Counted from the first letter of the stretch, positions 39,392 through 50,003 are shown. The stretch is DNA of 64,000 nt from Escherichia coli (GCF_036507355.1 NZ_AP027877.1); one strand, 5' to 3'. The notes: a model not told the origin generated them from the sequence alone. Program-made: numbers and translations.

Positions 39392-40769
39392 TTTCCACCT
39401 CACTGACTGCCTGTTCTGCTTCCTGCAGGGTAATTTCACCCGAGAGAAGTTTGGGGAGAAGGGTGTCGCGGAGTTGGGTTAGTGATTCAGTTTGTACACT
39501 GAGCGATTTAATCTCATTAAATAAATGTGTACATTTGGCATGAAATAACTCCAATACTTTAGCATCAGGCTGAGCGATTTTAATTCCTGAGAAAGTAGAC
39601 GTATTGACATTTAAAGTTGCACTACCTGCGCTACCTAAAATGTGAAGATGATCTTTCAATCCCAACATACAAAAATAAAGATAATAGAGTAAGGAACTCT
39701 TATGAGGTGTAACAGAATTTATTTGCTGATTGGTATGAGATGGTTCATTGGTGATAGAAACAACACCAATAGTAGCTATACAACTAACACAGATAGAATT
39801 TGCGGGTACAAGTTTTTTTAGTTGCGACTTTGAACCGGCTTCGCTTAAATATTCATTAGTTTTAAGCACAAAAAGTTGCCCATGCATATCTGGTATCTTT
39901 ATGAATGGAACATCACTACCGTAATACTCTGGTTCTTTTTTTGACGGAGTTTTGCCACAAGTAACCTTCCCCATCTCACTAATTGACGCCACCCCCCATC
40001 CTTTAGGAATCGCCCCTAACTCACTGTCCTGCATCGCTGCCGGAAACAGTTCTGCCGTGGCTTTTAACTCGGCATATTGCTCAGGGTGTTCACGCTCAAA
40101 AACCGCCAGCGCATCCGCATCTTTCCCAGAAATGGCGGTCATGGCGGCAAGTGTTGCGTCTGCCTGCGAACCGCCCGCATCCAGTACTGCCATTTTGGCT
40201 TTTACGGGGTCAAAATCAACAAACCAACTTTTGAACAGGGCTTGTGCCATTTGTTCGAGGGTTTGGTTGATGCGATTATTACTATCAATTTTTTTACTTA
40301 ACGTAAAAATTAGCTTTGTACATCTTTTTTGATATTTTAAAGAAGGAATCTTTATTTTGTAGCTCAGCATGGCCCCTTTATCACCTCGAGGCATTTTTGC
40401 GCCCTTGGATGTAAGATGGCTATAATTAATAAAATCATCACTGCTTAAAATCAAATGTAAATATTCACTTGTGAGTTTTTCATGTGTAGTCCTAAATACT
40501 AGCACATCAGGAGAAACACCTCCGTAAAATGTGGCAAACCATACTTTTTTAAAGTACGTTCGAATATTAGAAAATAAAGTATCACCTATTTCAAAAGAAT
40601 TAAATTTGTTGACATCAGGGATGCCTGATGAAATAGTTACACCCTGACGGTCAGGCAACATATTTTCCGTGGAAATATAATTAGTAACATCTATAATAGA
40701 TGCATCACATTTTTTTGTGACTATCTCTACAAAGTTACCTAACTCAGTTTCGATGAACTCAAAACTCAT
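39384..40769 (-). CDS. hsdS: Type I restriction-modification specificity subunit (HsdS)
   Basis: Two target-recognition-domain architecture, AT-rich; start at 40769 overlapping the hsdM 3' end. Confidence 0.88.
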   Translation of the reverse strand: MSFEFIETELGNFVEIVTKKCDASIIDVTNYISTENMLPDRQGVTISSGIPDVNKFNSFEIGDTLFSNIRTYFKKVWFATFYGGVSPDVLVFRTTHEKLTSEYLHLILSSDDFINYSHLTSKGAKMPRGDKGAMLSYKIKIPSLKYQKRCTKLIFTLSKKIDSNNRINQTLEQMAQALFKSWFVDFDPVKAKMAVLDAGGSQADATLAAMTAISGKDADALAVFEREHPEQYAELKATAELFPAAMQDSELGAIPKGWGVASISEMGKVTCGKTPSKKEPEYYGSDVPFIKIPDMHGQLFVLKTNEYLSEAGSKSQLKKLVPANSICVSCIATIGVVSITNEPSHTNQQINSVTPHKSSLLYYLYFCMLGLKDHLHILGSAGSATLNVNTSTFSGIKIAQPDAKVLELFHAKCTHLFNEIKSLSVQTESLTQLRDTLLPKLLSGEITLQEAEQAVSEVENV

Positions 40770-42468
40770 AACCCAGCCCCCCCAGATTCGCCTTAATCTG
40801 CGCTTCCAACTTCGCGCTCTCTTCAAGCTGATCTTTAAGCTGCGCCGTCAGGCGCGCCATCTTCTCGGCAAACGGTTCATCATCTTCAGCTTGCTCGGCG
40901 GCACCAACGTAGCGCCCAGGGGTCAGCACAAAGTCGTTTTTCTGGATATCCTCCAGCGTTGCTGAGAAGCAGAATCCGGCTTCGTCTTCGTAGTCTTTAT
41001 CCGTCTGCCAGGCGTGGAAGGTATCGGCAATTCTGGCGATATCTTCGCGGGTAAAGTCGCGCAACACGCGATCTTTCATATAACCAATCTGGCGCGCGTC
41101 GATAAACAGCACTTCACCTTTACGGTGCGCTTTGCCGTTGCCACCGGATTTATCTTTGGTCAGGAACCAGATACAGGCTGGGATTTGGGTGTTGGTAAAC
41201 AGTTGCCCTGGCAGCGCCACCATACATTCCACCAGATCCGCTTCAATCAGGTTGCGGCGGATCTCGCCTTCATTGTTAGTGTTGGAACTCATCGAACCGT
41301 TCGCCAGCAGCAGCGCCATCGAACCTTTTGGCGCGAGGTGGTGGATCATGTGCTGCATCCACGCAAAGTTGGCGTTGCCCTGCGGCGGTGTGCCGTATTT
41401 CCAGCGCACGTCGTTTTCCAGCTTCGCGTTCCACCACTCCTTCATGTTGAACGGCGGGTTTGCCATCACGAAGTCAGCGCGCAGATCCGGGTGCTGGTCG
41501 TCTAGCAGGGTGTCGGCGTTTTTGGCACCAAAGTTAAAGTCGATACCGCGGATCGCCATGTTCATCGCCGCCAGCTTCCAGGTGGTCGGATTCGACTCCT
41601 GGCCGTAAACGGAAATATTGCGCTTCTGCTCAGCGGCGTTGTAATTCTTTTCGCCCGCGTGCTCTTCAATGAAACGGTCGCTGGAAACGAAGAACCCGCC
41701 GGAACCCATTGCCGGGTCATACACCCGCCCGTTGTACGGTTGCAGCATTTCGACAATCAGGGTCACGATGCTTTTTGGCGTGTAGTACTGACCTCCCTGT
41801 TTACCTTCCGCCAGCGCGAATTGCCCCAGGAAATATTCGTAAACGTGGCCGAGAATATCTTTGCTCTTTAAGCTGAGTTTCTCGCCGTTATATTCCGGGT
41901 TGCTGAAGTTTGCGTCAGAGAAGGTATTAATCAGCCCGGTCAGCACCTCGTTACTCAGTTGATACTGGCTGATGCGATTCAGAATACCTTTCAGTTTCGG
42001 GTTGGTTTTTTCGATTTCATCCAGCGCGTTATCCACCAGCCAGGAGACAGAGCGCAGCGTCACATCCTTGCCGGTGGTTTCATCCACCCACAGCACGGTG
42101 CCGGTCGGCAACATGGCTTTGTTTTTCAGCGTGTCCCAGCGCGCGGCTTTTGGCACCCAGAAGATGTTCTTTTCGGTGTAGTAATCTTCAACTTCCAGCT
42201 CTTCCTGGATAGCCTGAGCGTATTCTTCGTCGGAACCGTAATCATCGCGCGACATGGCGTAGATGTTGTCGGGATTACCGACATCGCGGAACAGGGTCGT
42301 CAGCTCCTGCTGACGCGCCTCGAAGGCATCAGAAACATACTTCAGGAAGATTAGCCCCAGCACCACATGCTTGTAGTTGGCGGCATCCATATTGGCGCGC
42401 AGTTTGTCGGCGGCCTTCCAGAATTTGTTATCCAGCTCGTTCAGAAATAGCTGTTCAGCGTTGTTCAT
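40759..42468 (-). CDS. hsdM: Type I restriction-modification DNA methyltransferase (HsdM)
   Basis: N6-adenine methyltransferase motif NPPF (VMANPPFNMKEW); start at ATG 42468 with GAGGA ribosome-binding site. Confidence 0.92.
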   Translation of the reverse strand: MNNAEQLFLNELDNKFWKAADKLRANMDAANYKHVVLGLIFLKYVSDAFEARQQELTTLFRDVGNPDNIYAMSRDDYGSDEEYAQAIQEELEVEDYYTEKNIFWVPKAARWDTLKNKAMLPTGTVLWVDETTGKDVTLRSVSWLVDNALDEIEKTNPKLKGILNRISQYQLSNEVLTGLINTFSDANFSNPEYNGEKLSLKSKDILGHVYEYFLGQFALAEGKQGGQYYTPKSIVTLIVEMLQPYNGRVYDPAMGSGGFFVSSDRFIEEHAGEKNYNAAEQKRNISVYGQESNPTTWKLAAMNMAIRGIDFNFGAKNADTLLDDQHPDLRADFVMANPPFNMKEWWNAKLENDVRWKYGTPPQGNANFAWMQHMIHHLAPKGSMALLLANGSMSSNTNNEGEIRRNLIEADLVECMVALPGQLFTNTQIPACIWFLTKDKSGGNGKAHRKGEVLFIDARQIGYMKDRVLRDFTREDIARIADTFHAWQTDKDYEDEAGFCFSATLEDIQKNDFVLTPGRYVGAAEQAEDDEPFAEKMARLTAQLKDQLEESAKLEAQIKANLGGLGYEF

Positions 42469-42830
42469 GTAAATCCTCGGGGTAGATCGCAGCGAAAGAG
42501 CAACCATGCCTTATCGCAAATTCAGTTTTGGAATGCAGTTCGCAAAATGATACCCGGTACACTTACGATTACAAATGCGCGGTATAAAGAAGTTTGCATT
42601 TGATCGGTGAATAATAGGAAACTCAGTCACTGTTTCGTCTGCAAAATCAGCCATTTCGCCTTCATACGTAGTTCTTCGGTTGAATAGTAAGGTCTATCAT
42701 GCTGCATCGAACGGTGATTTTGATGGATGTTGGAAGTGAGTAGCTGTACGTAATTTTTGATTAAAAGTAATCAAAATGTTGCCAATGGTTATGCTATCGT
42801 GTGTTTTTTGAATATATAACAGGTAAAACT

Positions 42831-43724
42831 ATGTCCTGGCTTAATTCTGTCTTATTGGCGCTTACCTCGGTGCAACCTTATATGGTACCGGCAACCGTTA
42901 TCGGCCTCGTCAGTTTTGCATTCCTCTGTTTTATTTTCTTTTATTTTTTTAGAGCAGTTAAAATTATTAACGGCCTGAAAAAATATACTCAGTCAATTAA
43001 TGGCATCGAAAATAATGAGCCTGGTAATCAGCTTCAGCATCTGCAAAGTTTGTTTGTACAGCCTGAGTTAAAGCACGCCTGGAATGAATTCGAAGAATCG
43101 TTGCACTCACAATATGAACTGGAGGACGGGGAAGAGAAAATCGTCCGTATTAGGGCTACTGCACCGAGCGCCAGTTTCTTCTCGGAGCAACAACTGGTCG
43201 ATATTCCGCTGAACACCGAATTTTTCAAACACCTGCCCGGTATTCTGACCGGTGTGGGGATTATCGGTACCTTCTACGGTCTGATGATTGGTCTCAACCA
43301 CTTCGACCCCAGCACACCAGAGCAGGTCTCCAGCAGCGTCAATAATCTGCTTCGCGATGTGCTGTACGCCTTCCTCGGTTCAGCATTTGCGATTACGTTC
43401 TCTATCCTTATCACCTGGCTGGAGAAATTCTGTCTGGCGAAATGCTACAAATATCTGGAAAAATTCACCGCAGCTCTCGACGCCCTCTATGACAGCGGTG
43501 TTGGCGAGGAGTACCTTGCCTCACTGGTAAAATCCAGTAATGAAAGCGCGACCCAGGCACGCCATCTGAAAGAGAGCCTGGTTACCGATTTACGCGATAT
43601 GCTGCTGCATCTGGCCAACAGCCAGAAAGTGGAAAACGAGCGGCTAGCGACCACCCTCAGCACCACCTATCGCGAAACAGGACAACAGTTTGCCGAGCAA
43701 GTCAGCGGTGCGATTGAAAACTGA
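42831..43724 (+). CDS. MotA/TolQ/ExbB-like membrane protein, 3' end interrupted by IS629-like element
   Basis: Three predicted TM helices; motif LPGILTGVGIIGTFYGLMIGL resembles MotA/ExbB proton-channel proteins; the stop codon TGA is the first 3 nt of the IS. Confidence 0.55.
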   Translation: MSWLNSVLLALTSVQPYMVPATVIGLVSFAFLCFIFFYFFRAVKIINGLKKYTQSINGIENNEPGNQLQHLQSLFVQPELKHAWNEFEESLHSQYELEDGEEKIVRIRATAPSASFFSEQQLVDIPLNTEFFKHLPGILTGVGIIGTFYGLMIGLNHFDPSTPEQVSSSVNNLLRDVLYAFLGSAFAITFSILITWLEKFCLAKCYKYLEKFTAALDALYDSGVGEEYLASLVKSSNESATQARHLKESLVTDLRDMLLHLANSQKVENERLATTLSTTYRETGQQFAEQVSGAIEN

Positions 43725-43775
43725 ACCGCCCCGGGAATCCTGGAGACTAAACTTCCTGAGAAAGAGGTAAACAGG

Positions 43776-44102
43776 ATGACTAAAAATACTCGTTTTTCCC
43801 CCGAAGTCCGTCAACGGGCAGTCCGTATGGTTCTGGAAAGTCAGAGCGAATATGACTCACAATGGGCGACAATTTGTTCCATTGCTCCAAAGATTGGCTG
43901 TACGCCGGAGACTCTGCGTGTCTGGGTTCGCCAGCATGAGCGGGATACCGGGGGCGGTGATGGAGGGCTCACCACCGCTGAACGTCAGCGTCTGAAAGAG
44001 CTGGAACGTGAAAATCGTGAACTGCGCCGCAGTAACGATATCCTTCGCCAGGCTTCCGCTTATTTTGCGAAGGCGGAGTTCGACCGCCTCTGGAAAAAAT
44101 GA
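43776..44102 (+). CDS. IS3-family transposase OrfA (IS629-like)
   Basis: 108-aa [31 protein letters not shown]... Confidence 0.9.
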   Translation: MTKNTRFSPEVRQRAVRMVLESQSEYDSQWATICSIAPKIGCTPETLRVWVRQHERDTGGGDGGLTTAERQRLKELERENRELRRSNDILRQASAYFAKAEFDRLWKK

Positions 44103-44989
44103 TGCCACTGCTGGATAAGCTGCGTGAGCAGTACGGGGTCGGACCGCTATGCAGCGAACTGCATATTGCCCCGTCAACGTATTACCACTGTCAGCAACAG
44201 CGACATCATCCGGATAAACGCAGTGCCCGTGCGCAGCGCGATGACTGGCTGAAGAAAGAGATACAGCGCGTATACGATGAAAATCACAAGGTATACGGTG
44301 TGCGTAAAGTCTGGCGTCAGTTGTTACGGGAAGGTATCAGAGTGGCCAGATGCACTGTGGCACGTCTCATGGCGGTTATGGGACTTGCCGGTGTTCTCCG
44401 GGGTAAAAAGGTCCGTACGACCATCAGCCGGAAAGCCGTTGCCGCAGGCGACCGCGTAAACCGTCAGTTCGTGGCAGAACGACCTGACCAGCTGTGGGTG
44501 GCTGATTTTACTTACGCCAGCACATGGCGGGGCTTCGTCTATGTGGCGTTCATCATTGATGTGTTTGCCGGATACATCGTGGGGTGGCGGGTCTCATCGT
44601 CCATGGAAACGACATTCGTGCTGGATGCACTGGAGCAGGCGTTATGGGCCCGTCGACCGTCCGGCACGGTCCATCACAGTGATAAAGGTTCTCAGTATGT
44701 ATCGCTGGCCTACACACAGCGGCTTAAGGAAGCCGGATTACTGGCATCAACAGGAAGTACAGGCGACTCGTATGACAACGCGATGGCGGAGAGCATCAAT
44801 GGTCTTTACAAAGCGGAGGTAATACACCGTAAGAGCTGGAAAAACCGTGCAGAAGTGGAACTGGCCACACTCACGTGGGTGGACTGGTATAACAATCGAC
44901 GATTGCTGGAAAGGCTGGGCCATACTCCTCCGGCAGAAGCAGAAAAAGCTTATTATGCTTCCATCGGAAACGATGATCTGGCAGCCTGA
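44099..44989 (+). CDS. IS3-family transposase OrfB (IS629-like, DDE domain)
   Basis: 296-aa ORF overlapping the orfA stop. Confidence 0.9.
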   Translation: MMPLLDKLREQYGVGPLCSELHIAPSTYYHCQQQRHHPDKRSARAQRDDWLKKEIQRVYDENHKVYGVRKVWRQLLREGIRVARCTVARLMAVMGLAGVLRGKKVRTTISRKAVAAGDRVNRQFVAERPDQLWVADFTYASTWRGFVYVAFIIDVFAGYIVGWRVSSSMETTFVLDALEQALWARRPSGTVHHSDKGSQYVSLAYTQRLKEAGLLASTGSTGDSYDNAMAESINGLYKAEVIHRKSWKNRAEVELATLTWVDWYNNRRLLERLGHTPPAEAEKAYYASIGNDDLAA

Positions 44990-45153
44990 GTTCACAGATA
45001 AAACACTCTCCAGGAAACCCGGGGCGGTTCACACTATTATTTCTCCGGTTAGCCTACAACAACGTTTTTATCAGAAGCTCAACCAGCAGATAATAGAAAT
45101 GAAAAACCCATTGCAGTGAAATTATTTTTGACAACATACAGCAGGAGTAAAAA

Positions 45154-45999
45154 ATGTTACGTGGTTCAGAAAGAAAAGAAGCATTAGCCAGTCTCAAAAG
45201 TGCAACTAACCGTTATGAAGTACAGGCTAAAGACACCCAGGATGAGATCACTGCCCTCTTTCTGTTACGCCAGAAATGCAGTAAGGACCTGATTGCCCGT
45301 GGTGAAAATTTTGTTAATCGACTGGCGAATACACCGAAAGAGTTTGATAAATCCTGGAGCGAATTGAAAGCGGAAATCGCTGAATTTGATAACGTGGTGG
45401 AAAAACTGGAAGAAGAATACCGCGCATCACATATTGGTAAAGGAACGGCTGCTGCGGGGGTTGCCGTTGGGGCGGGGGTCGCCGCATTTGCCCCTACGGC
45501 TGCGCTGGCGGTCGCAACAACTTTTGGTACAGCATCCACGGGTACCGCTATTGCTACGTTAAGCGGAGCTGCCGCAACAAATGCAGCCCTGGCATGGCTC
45601 GGCGGCGGCGCACTGGCTGCGGGTGGCGGTGGCATGTCAGCAGGAAGCGCACTACTGGCTCTGGCGGGTCCAATAGGCTGGGGGATTGGTGCTGTAGGCA
45701 TCGCTGGCGGAACCTTACTAGCCCGTCGCAAAAACGGTAAAATCATTGATGAAGCACAACAGGAAGAGCGCCAGGTTCGCGCAAAAACCAGCGAACTTCG
45801 CGTGATGGAACGTGGTGCGCAAGAACTCAAGATGCTCACATCCGAGCACTATCATGGTACTGAAAGCATTATTGATGTGCTGGAAAAGGCTGCGCCTCAA
45901 GACTATTGCCAGTTTAATACCCATCAGAAAGATCAATTAGGGGCATTGATTAACCATATCAATGCATTATCAAAACTGATCAACAAGAAAATCCAGTAA
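45154..45999 (+). CDS. Hypothetical coiled-coil protein with central Gly/Ala-rich transmembrane segment
   Basis: AGGAG ribosome-binding site; about 100-aa Gly/Ala-rich glycine-zipper-like hydrophobic region flanked by coiled-coil-like sequence. Confidence 0.6.
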   Translation: MLRGSERKEALASLKSATNRYEVQAKDTQDEITALFLLRQKCSKDLIARGENFVNRLANTPKEFDKSWSELKAEIAEFDNVVEKLEEEYRASHIGKGTAAAGVAVGAGVAAFAPTAALAVATTFGTASTGTAIATLSGAAATNAALAWLGGGALAAGGGGMSAGSALLALAGPIGWGIGAVGIAGGTLLARRKNGKIIDEAQQEERQVRAKTSELRVMERGAQELKMLTSEHYHGTESIIDVLEKAAPQDYCQFNTHQKDQLGALINHINALSKLINKKIQ

Positions 46000-47444
46000 T
46001 GAGCATTAACCATAATACAGTTGGCGACCAGCTTATCGGCAGCGCGGTTAACGCCATTAATCAGACCCGCATTGATAATGAACTGTTAAAACTATCGCAG
46101 CAGGATCGTGCATTTGAGTTGGCTGGCGAACAAATGCAAAAGGTGCGTGATTTCATCGCGTCACCGGGTAACATCCTGGGCTCAATGAGCACCAAACACG
46201 GTGAAATTGCTGAGCAGGTAGAAGTTGGCGTGCGCAATGCTCGCCAGGCAATAGAAGAAAGGGTTCAGGATGCCTCTGATCTTAGCGCCACGTTTGACGG
46301 AGTGGGTCGAACCGCTCCGGCGGATTATATGATAGATGGCGTTGACGTGCAGTCAAAGTTTATCAACGGAGTTAATAATAACCTGAACCATGTCCTTCAG
46401 CACATGGAAACCTATCCCAATTTCACCCGGGGAGAATCCTTTTACCATATCCCCAAAGACTCCTGGCAAACGATTCAGGATGTTATTGATGGGAAGCCGG
46501 TGGAGGGCTTGAGCGAAAAAACAATACAGGCTATCAGGGATAAAGTTGCAGAAATTGAAAGTACAACGGGAAGATCCTTTAATGATGTCGTGCGTCCTGG
46601 AGTTTCTGATTACAAAGATGTTCAGTGGGGAAAAATTGACGAAACTCTTGATAAACATGATCAGGAATTAGCGGAACAGAACGAGGCAAAAAAAGCAGAA
46701 ATTATTGACGATCACCAACCCTCCCTAAGTGAAGGCATGCGTGCAACCGCAATGGGAGCCGCTTTCGGTGGAACCTTTGCTCTTGTAACAGGTATATATA
46801 GCAAATACCGTGACGGTAAAAATATATTTCGTGGAGATTTCAACAGACAGGACTGGCAGGATGTCGGCTTAGATACATTGAAAGGTGCCGCTATTGGCGG
46901 TGTATCCGCCGGAGCAATTTATACCCTGACCAATTATGCCTCTCTGGGAGCACCGTTCGCCAGCGCGCTGGTCACTGCCGCTAAAGGTGTAAGCAATCTT
47001 GCTCTCTCCTATCAGCGCGGTGAGATTAATGCTGATGAATTTACCGATCTTGGCCTTATCATCTGCGCGGAATCGGCCATCGTTGGCGCAATGTCTGTCG
47101 CAGGTCAGGCAATCATCCCTGTGCCTGTTTTGGGGGCATTGGTTGGTTCTATCTCAGGGAAGTTTATGGTTACCGTAGCTAAAAATCTGGACAGTAAAGC
47201 ACGCCAATTGCTGGCGAAAAAAATGGAGCAATTTACATGTCGCTTAAGTGAGATTGAGCAGAAAGCACTCAACCGAATTTTGAACGAGTTCGCGGCGCTG
47301 GGTGAGCTTACCGCAGCTGCATTTAGCGTGGAAAACAATCGCCGGTTGCTGGAAGCAAGCATCACGCTTGCCCAAGCCCACGGTGTTGAAGAGGCGAAGA
47401 TAATCAAAAATGCGGATGATCTTGACACATTTATGATGGCGTAG
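45999..47444 (+). CDS. Hypothetical membrane protein (N-terminal soluble domain, C-terminal Gly-zipper TM bundle)
   Basis: Start overlaps upstream stop (TAATG); C-terminal GxxxG/A-rich hydrophobic helices. Confidence 0.6.
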   Translation: MSINHNTVGDQLIGSAVNAINQTRIDNELLKLSQQDRAFELAGEQMQKVRDFIASPGNILGSMSTKHGEIAEQVEVGVRNARQAIEERVQDASDLSATFDGVGRTAPADYMIDGVDVQSKFINGVNNNLNHVLQHMETYPNFTRGESFYHIPKDSWQTIQDVIDGKPVEGLSEKTIQAIRDKVAEIESTTGRSFNDVVRPGVSDYKDVQWGKIDETLDKHDQELAEQNEAKKAEIIDDHQPSLSEGMRATAMGAAFGGTFALVTGIYSKYRDGKNIFRGDFNRQDWQDVGLDTLKGAAIGGVSAGAIYTLTNYASLGAPFASALVTAAKGVSNLALSYQRGEINADEFTDLGLIICAESAIVGAMSVAGQAIIPVPVLGALVGSISGKFMVTVAKNLDSKARQLLAKKMEQFTCRLSEIEQKALNRILNEFAALGELTAAAFSVENNRRLLEASITLAQAHGVEEAKIIKNADDLDTFMMA

Positions 47445-47480
47445 CACTCGAATAAAAATTACAGCAAGGATAAAACCACA

Positions 47481-50003
47481 ATGCTACAGATAATTGGTGC
47501 GTTAATTTTACTGGTAATCGGTTTTGTTATTATAAAAGCGTTGTTTAAGGCATCTCTCAATATTCTAGGTGTGATATTAGGATTGGGTGCATTGATTGTT
47601 GCAGGCCCACCTTTATTGGCGGGCTATATTGTAGAGCGCGTAACCTATGCGCTTCACTCACGTTGGCTGCTGGGTGTACCTCTTGCCATAGCAGGAATGG
47701 TGATTAGCTTTATGTGGGGACTTGATGGTAAACATATTGCCTACGAAGCCTATTCATTTGATTCAATGAAGTTTATTTTAACCGCTGCATTTGCCAGTGG
47801 CCTGCTTGCAGTACCTGTACAAACCAAGGCTATTCTACAAAACGGGCTTATACCAGCCGATATCAATGCCAAACTTAAAGAGTATTATTGCTGTTTTTAT
47901 ACGTCTTACTTTTTGATGGCCTGCTCTGCGGCTACACCGTTTATAGCCTGGCAATATAATATCTCATCTTCACTGATGTGGTGGACAGGATTGCTATACT
48001 GGATAGCAGCCTTACTGACACAGTTCTATGCGGCAAACCAAATTCAGGAACTCAAGAAGTTAACTAATGCCATCAATACAGGGTTAAATGAGCAAAAAGC
48101 GATCAATAACCAACTTTGGCTGACGGAACTAAAAGAAGGAAGTAACCTCTCAGCAGAATTCGTAGAGACTATCTATCTTAAGTTGGTCTCACAGCATATT
48201 TTTCAGGGCGATACTCGAGAGCAGGATCTGGCTGGTGAAAACTGGCTTTTAAATGATGCCTGGTATGAAAGAAAGATGGCTGAATTTAATGAGCAGTTAA
48301 ACAGTAAAATTGTACACTCATCAGATGAGCTAAGAAGCCTTTTTGGTAATAGGCTGAATTTACCCTCTGCTGCGAATGATGATCTCCTGAACCGTTATCT
48401 TGATGGTGGGAACTATTATTCTTTTTCGGATGGTCGAAAATTTGTCTCGTTTCACTATGTCGACGAGCTTTGTACCTGCACTTCATGCGGTTTGAGCGAG
48501 ATTAAAAACGCAAAACACCAGGACGGTTGTGGGAGCCAGGAATGGTATTGCTCTGATATTTGCCGGGAAACGGAAAAACTCTGCATTGAAATTCACAAGC
48601 GACCACAGGCTGAATTTATTTCCAGTGCAGCAACAAACGGTCTGATTCTCATGACGCTCCCGGAGGCCTGGAATACTAACGAAAAAATGTTTGCAGTGGG
48701 AGGACAAGGACATGGTTTTGCAGCCGAACGGGGAAATCATCTTACTGACAAAATCCAACTAAAAGATGCACATATTCTCGGTGATGATAATGCGAAAAAT
48801 GGTGCAGACAGGCTGGTTAACGGTTCAGAGATTCAGACCAAATACTGTGCAACCGCTGCACGTAGCGTCGGTGCTGGTTTTGACGGACAAAACGGTAATT
48901 ATCGCTATTATGACAGTAACGGAACCCCAATGCAGTTAGAGGTTCCGAAAGACCAGTATTCGAAAGCGCTTGAAACGATGGAGAACAAAATTCGCGATGG
49001 CAAAGTCCCCGGCGTTACCGATCCTGCAGAAGCCACAAAACTTGTACGTCAGGGACACCTGACTTATAGCCAGGCACAAAACATTACTAAGTTTGGCACG
49101 TTCGAATCTATCACTTACGACATTGCGGAAGGATCTATCATCAGCCTCGCAGCTGGAGGTATCAGCTTCGGTCTGACAGCTTCTATTTTCTACCTCAATA
49201 CCGGCGATCGTAAGGCTGCGTTGCAAACGGCAGCAATACAGGCAGGTAAAACATTTACCCGCACACTGACAGTTTATGTGACGGTACAGCAATTACACCG
49301 TATCAGTGCCGTTCAGGGGTTACTTAAAAATATTGATTTTGCCGCTGCCAGCCCGACAGTTCGTAATGCGCTTCAACAGGGAGTCGGAGCTAACAATCTC
49401 AACTCCCTTAACAAGATGATGCGTGGCACACTGGTTACCTCTTTCGCACTGGTCGCCGTGACCACTGGTCCGGATATGATCAAAATGGTGCGAGGTCGTA
49501 TTTCTGGGGCACAGTTTATAAAAAATCTGGCAGTTACTTCATCTGGTGTGGCTGGGGGGGCAATTGGTTCTATTGCTGGCGGAATGATGCTTAGTCCATT
49601 AGGTCCTTTCGGTGCTTTAGCAGGACGCGCAGCTGGTGGCTTGTTAGGCGGTATGATTGCCACAGCGATTTCCAAAAAAATAGCGGGTGCACTGGTTGAA
49701 GACGACCGAGTAAAAGTGCTGGCTCTCATCCAGGAACAGGTTACATGGCTTGCAACAAGTTTCATGCTTACAGCACACGAACTTGAAAACCTGAACGCGA
49801 ATCTGGCAACAGTAATTGACCAAAAAACCCTGGAGGTTATCTTCGCCGCAAAAGAGCAAGACCGAGCAACGGCCAATATGCTGATTAAACCACTTGTAGT
49901 AAGTGTGGTTAAGCAACGACCGGTCCTGAGCTATGAACAATCGCAAATCTGCGAAATGGTCGATCAGCTTGATACATCGGTTTCATTATCTGCTGTTGCA
50001 TAA
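47481..50003 (+). CDS. Hypothetical large membrane protein (N-terminal TM helices, Cys-rich central region, C-terminal Gly-rich TM region)
   Basis: 840-aa ORF with AAGGA ribosome-binding site; Cys cluster CTCTSCG...CGSQEWYCSDIC; Gly-rich C-terminus. Confidence 0.6.
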   Translation: MLQIIGALILLVIGFVIIKALFKASLNILGVILGLGALIVAGPPLLAGYIVERVTYALHSRWLLGVPLAIAGMVISFMWGLDGKHIAYEAYSFDSMKFILTAAFASGLLAVPVQTKAILQNGLIPADINAKLKEYYCCFYTSYFLMACSAATPFIAWQYNISSSLMWWTGLLYWIAALLTQFYAANQIQELKKLTNAINTGLNEQKAINNQLWLTELKEGSNLSAEFVETIYLKLVSQHIFQGDTREQDLAGENWLLNDAWYERKMAEFNEQLNSKIVHSSDELRSLFGNRLNLPSAANDDLLNRYLDGGNYYSFSDGRKFVSFHYVDELCTCTSCGLSEIKNAKHQDGCGSQEWYCSDICRETEKLCIEIHKRPQAEFISSAATNGLILMTLPEAWNTNEKMFAVGGQGHGFAAERGNHLTDKIQLKDAHILGDDNAKNGADRLVNGSEIQTKYCATAARSVGAGFDGQNGNYRYYDSNGTPMQLEVPKDQYSKALETMENKIRDGKVPGVTDPAEATKLVRQGHLTYSQAQNITKFGTFESITYDIAEGSIISLAAGGISFGLTASIFYLNTGDRKAALQTAAIQAGKTFTRTLTVYVTVQQLHRISAVQGLLKNIDFAAASPTVRNALQQGVGANNLNSLNKMMRGTLVTSFALVAVTTGPDMIKMVRGRISGAQFIKNLAVTSSGVAGGAIGSIAGGMMLSPLGPFGALAGRAAGGLLGGMIATAISKKIAGALVEDDRVKVLALIQEQVTWLATSFMLTAHELENLNANLATVIDQKTLEVIFAAKEQDRATANMLIKPLVVSVVKQRPVLSYEQSQICEMVDQLDTSVSLSAVA

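Larger units (their letters stand above)
43722..45031 (+). mobile_element. IS3-family element, IS629/IS1203-like (1310 bp)
   Basis: Terminal inverted repeats TGAACCGCCCCGGG at 43722 and reverse complement ending 45031; orfA/orfB pair. Confidence 0.9.

Noticed and set aside
45400-45720. Repetitive GCN/GGN-rich stretch that could be mistaken for a repeat array or CRISPR
   Set aside because: It is the in-frame Gly/Ala-rich coding segment of the 45154-45999 gene; no regularly spaced direct repeats with unique spacers exist anywhere in the window.
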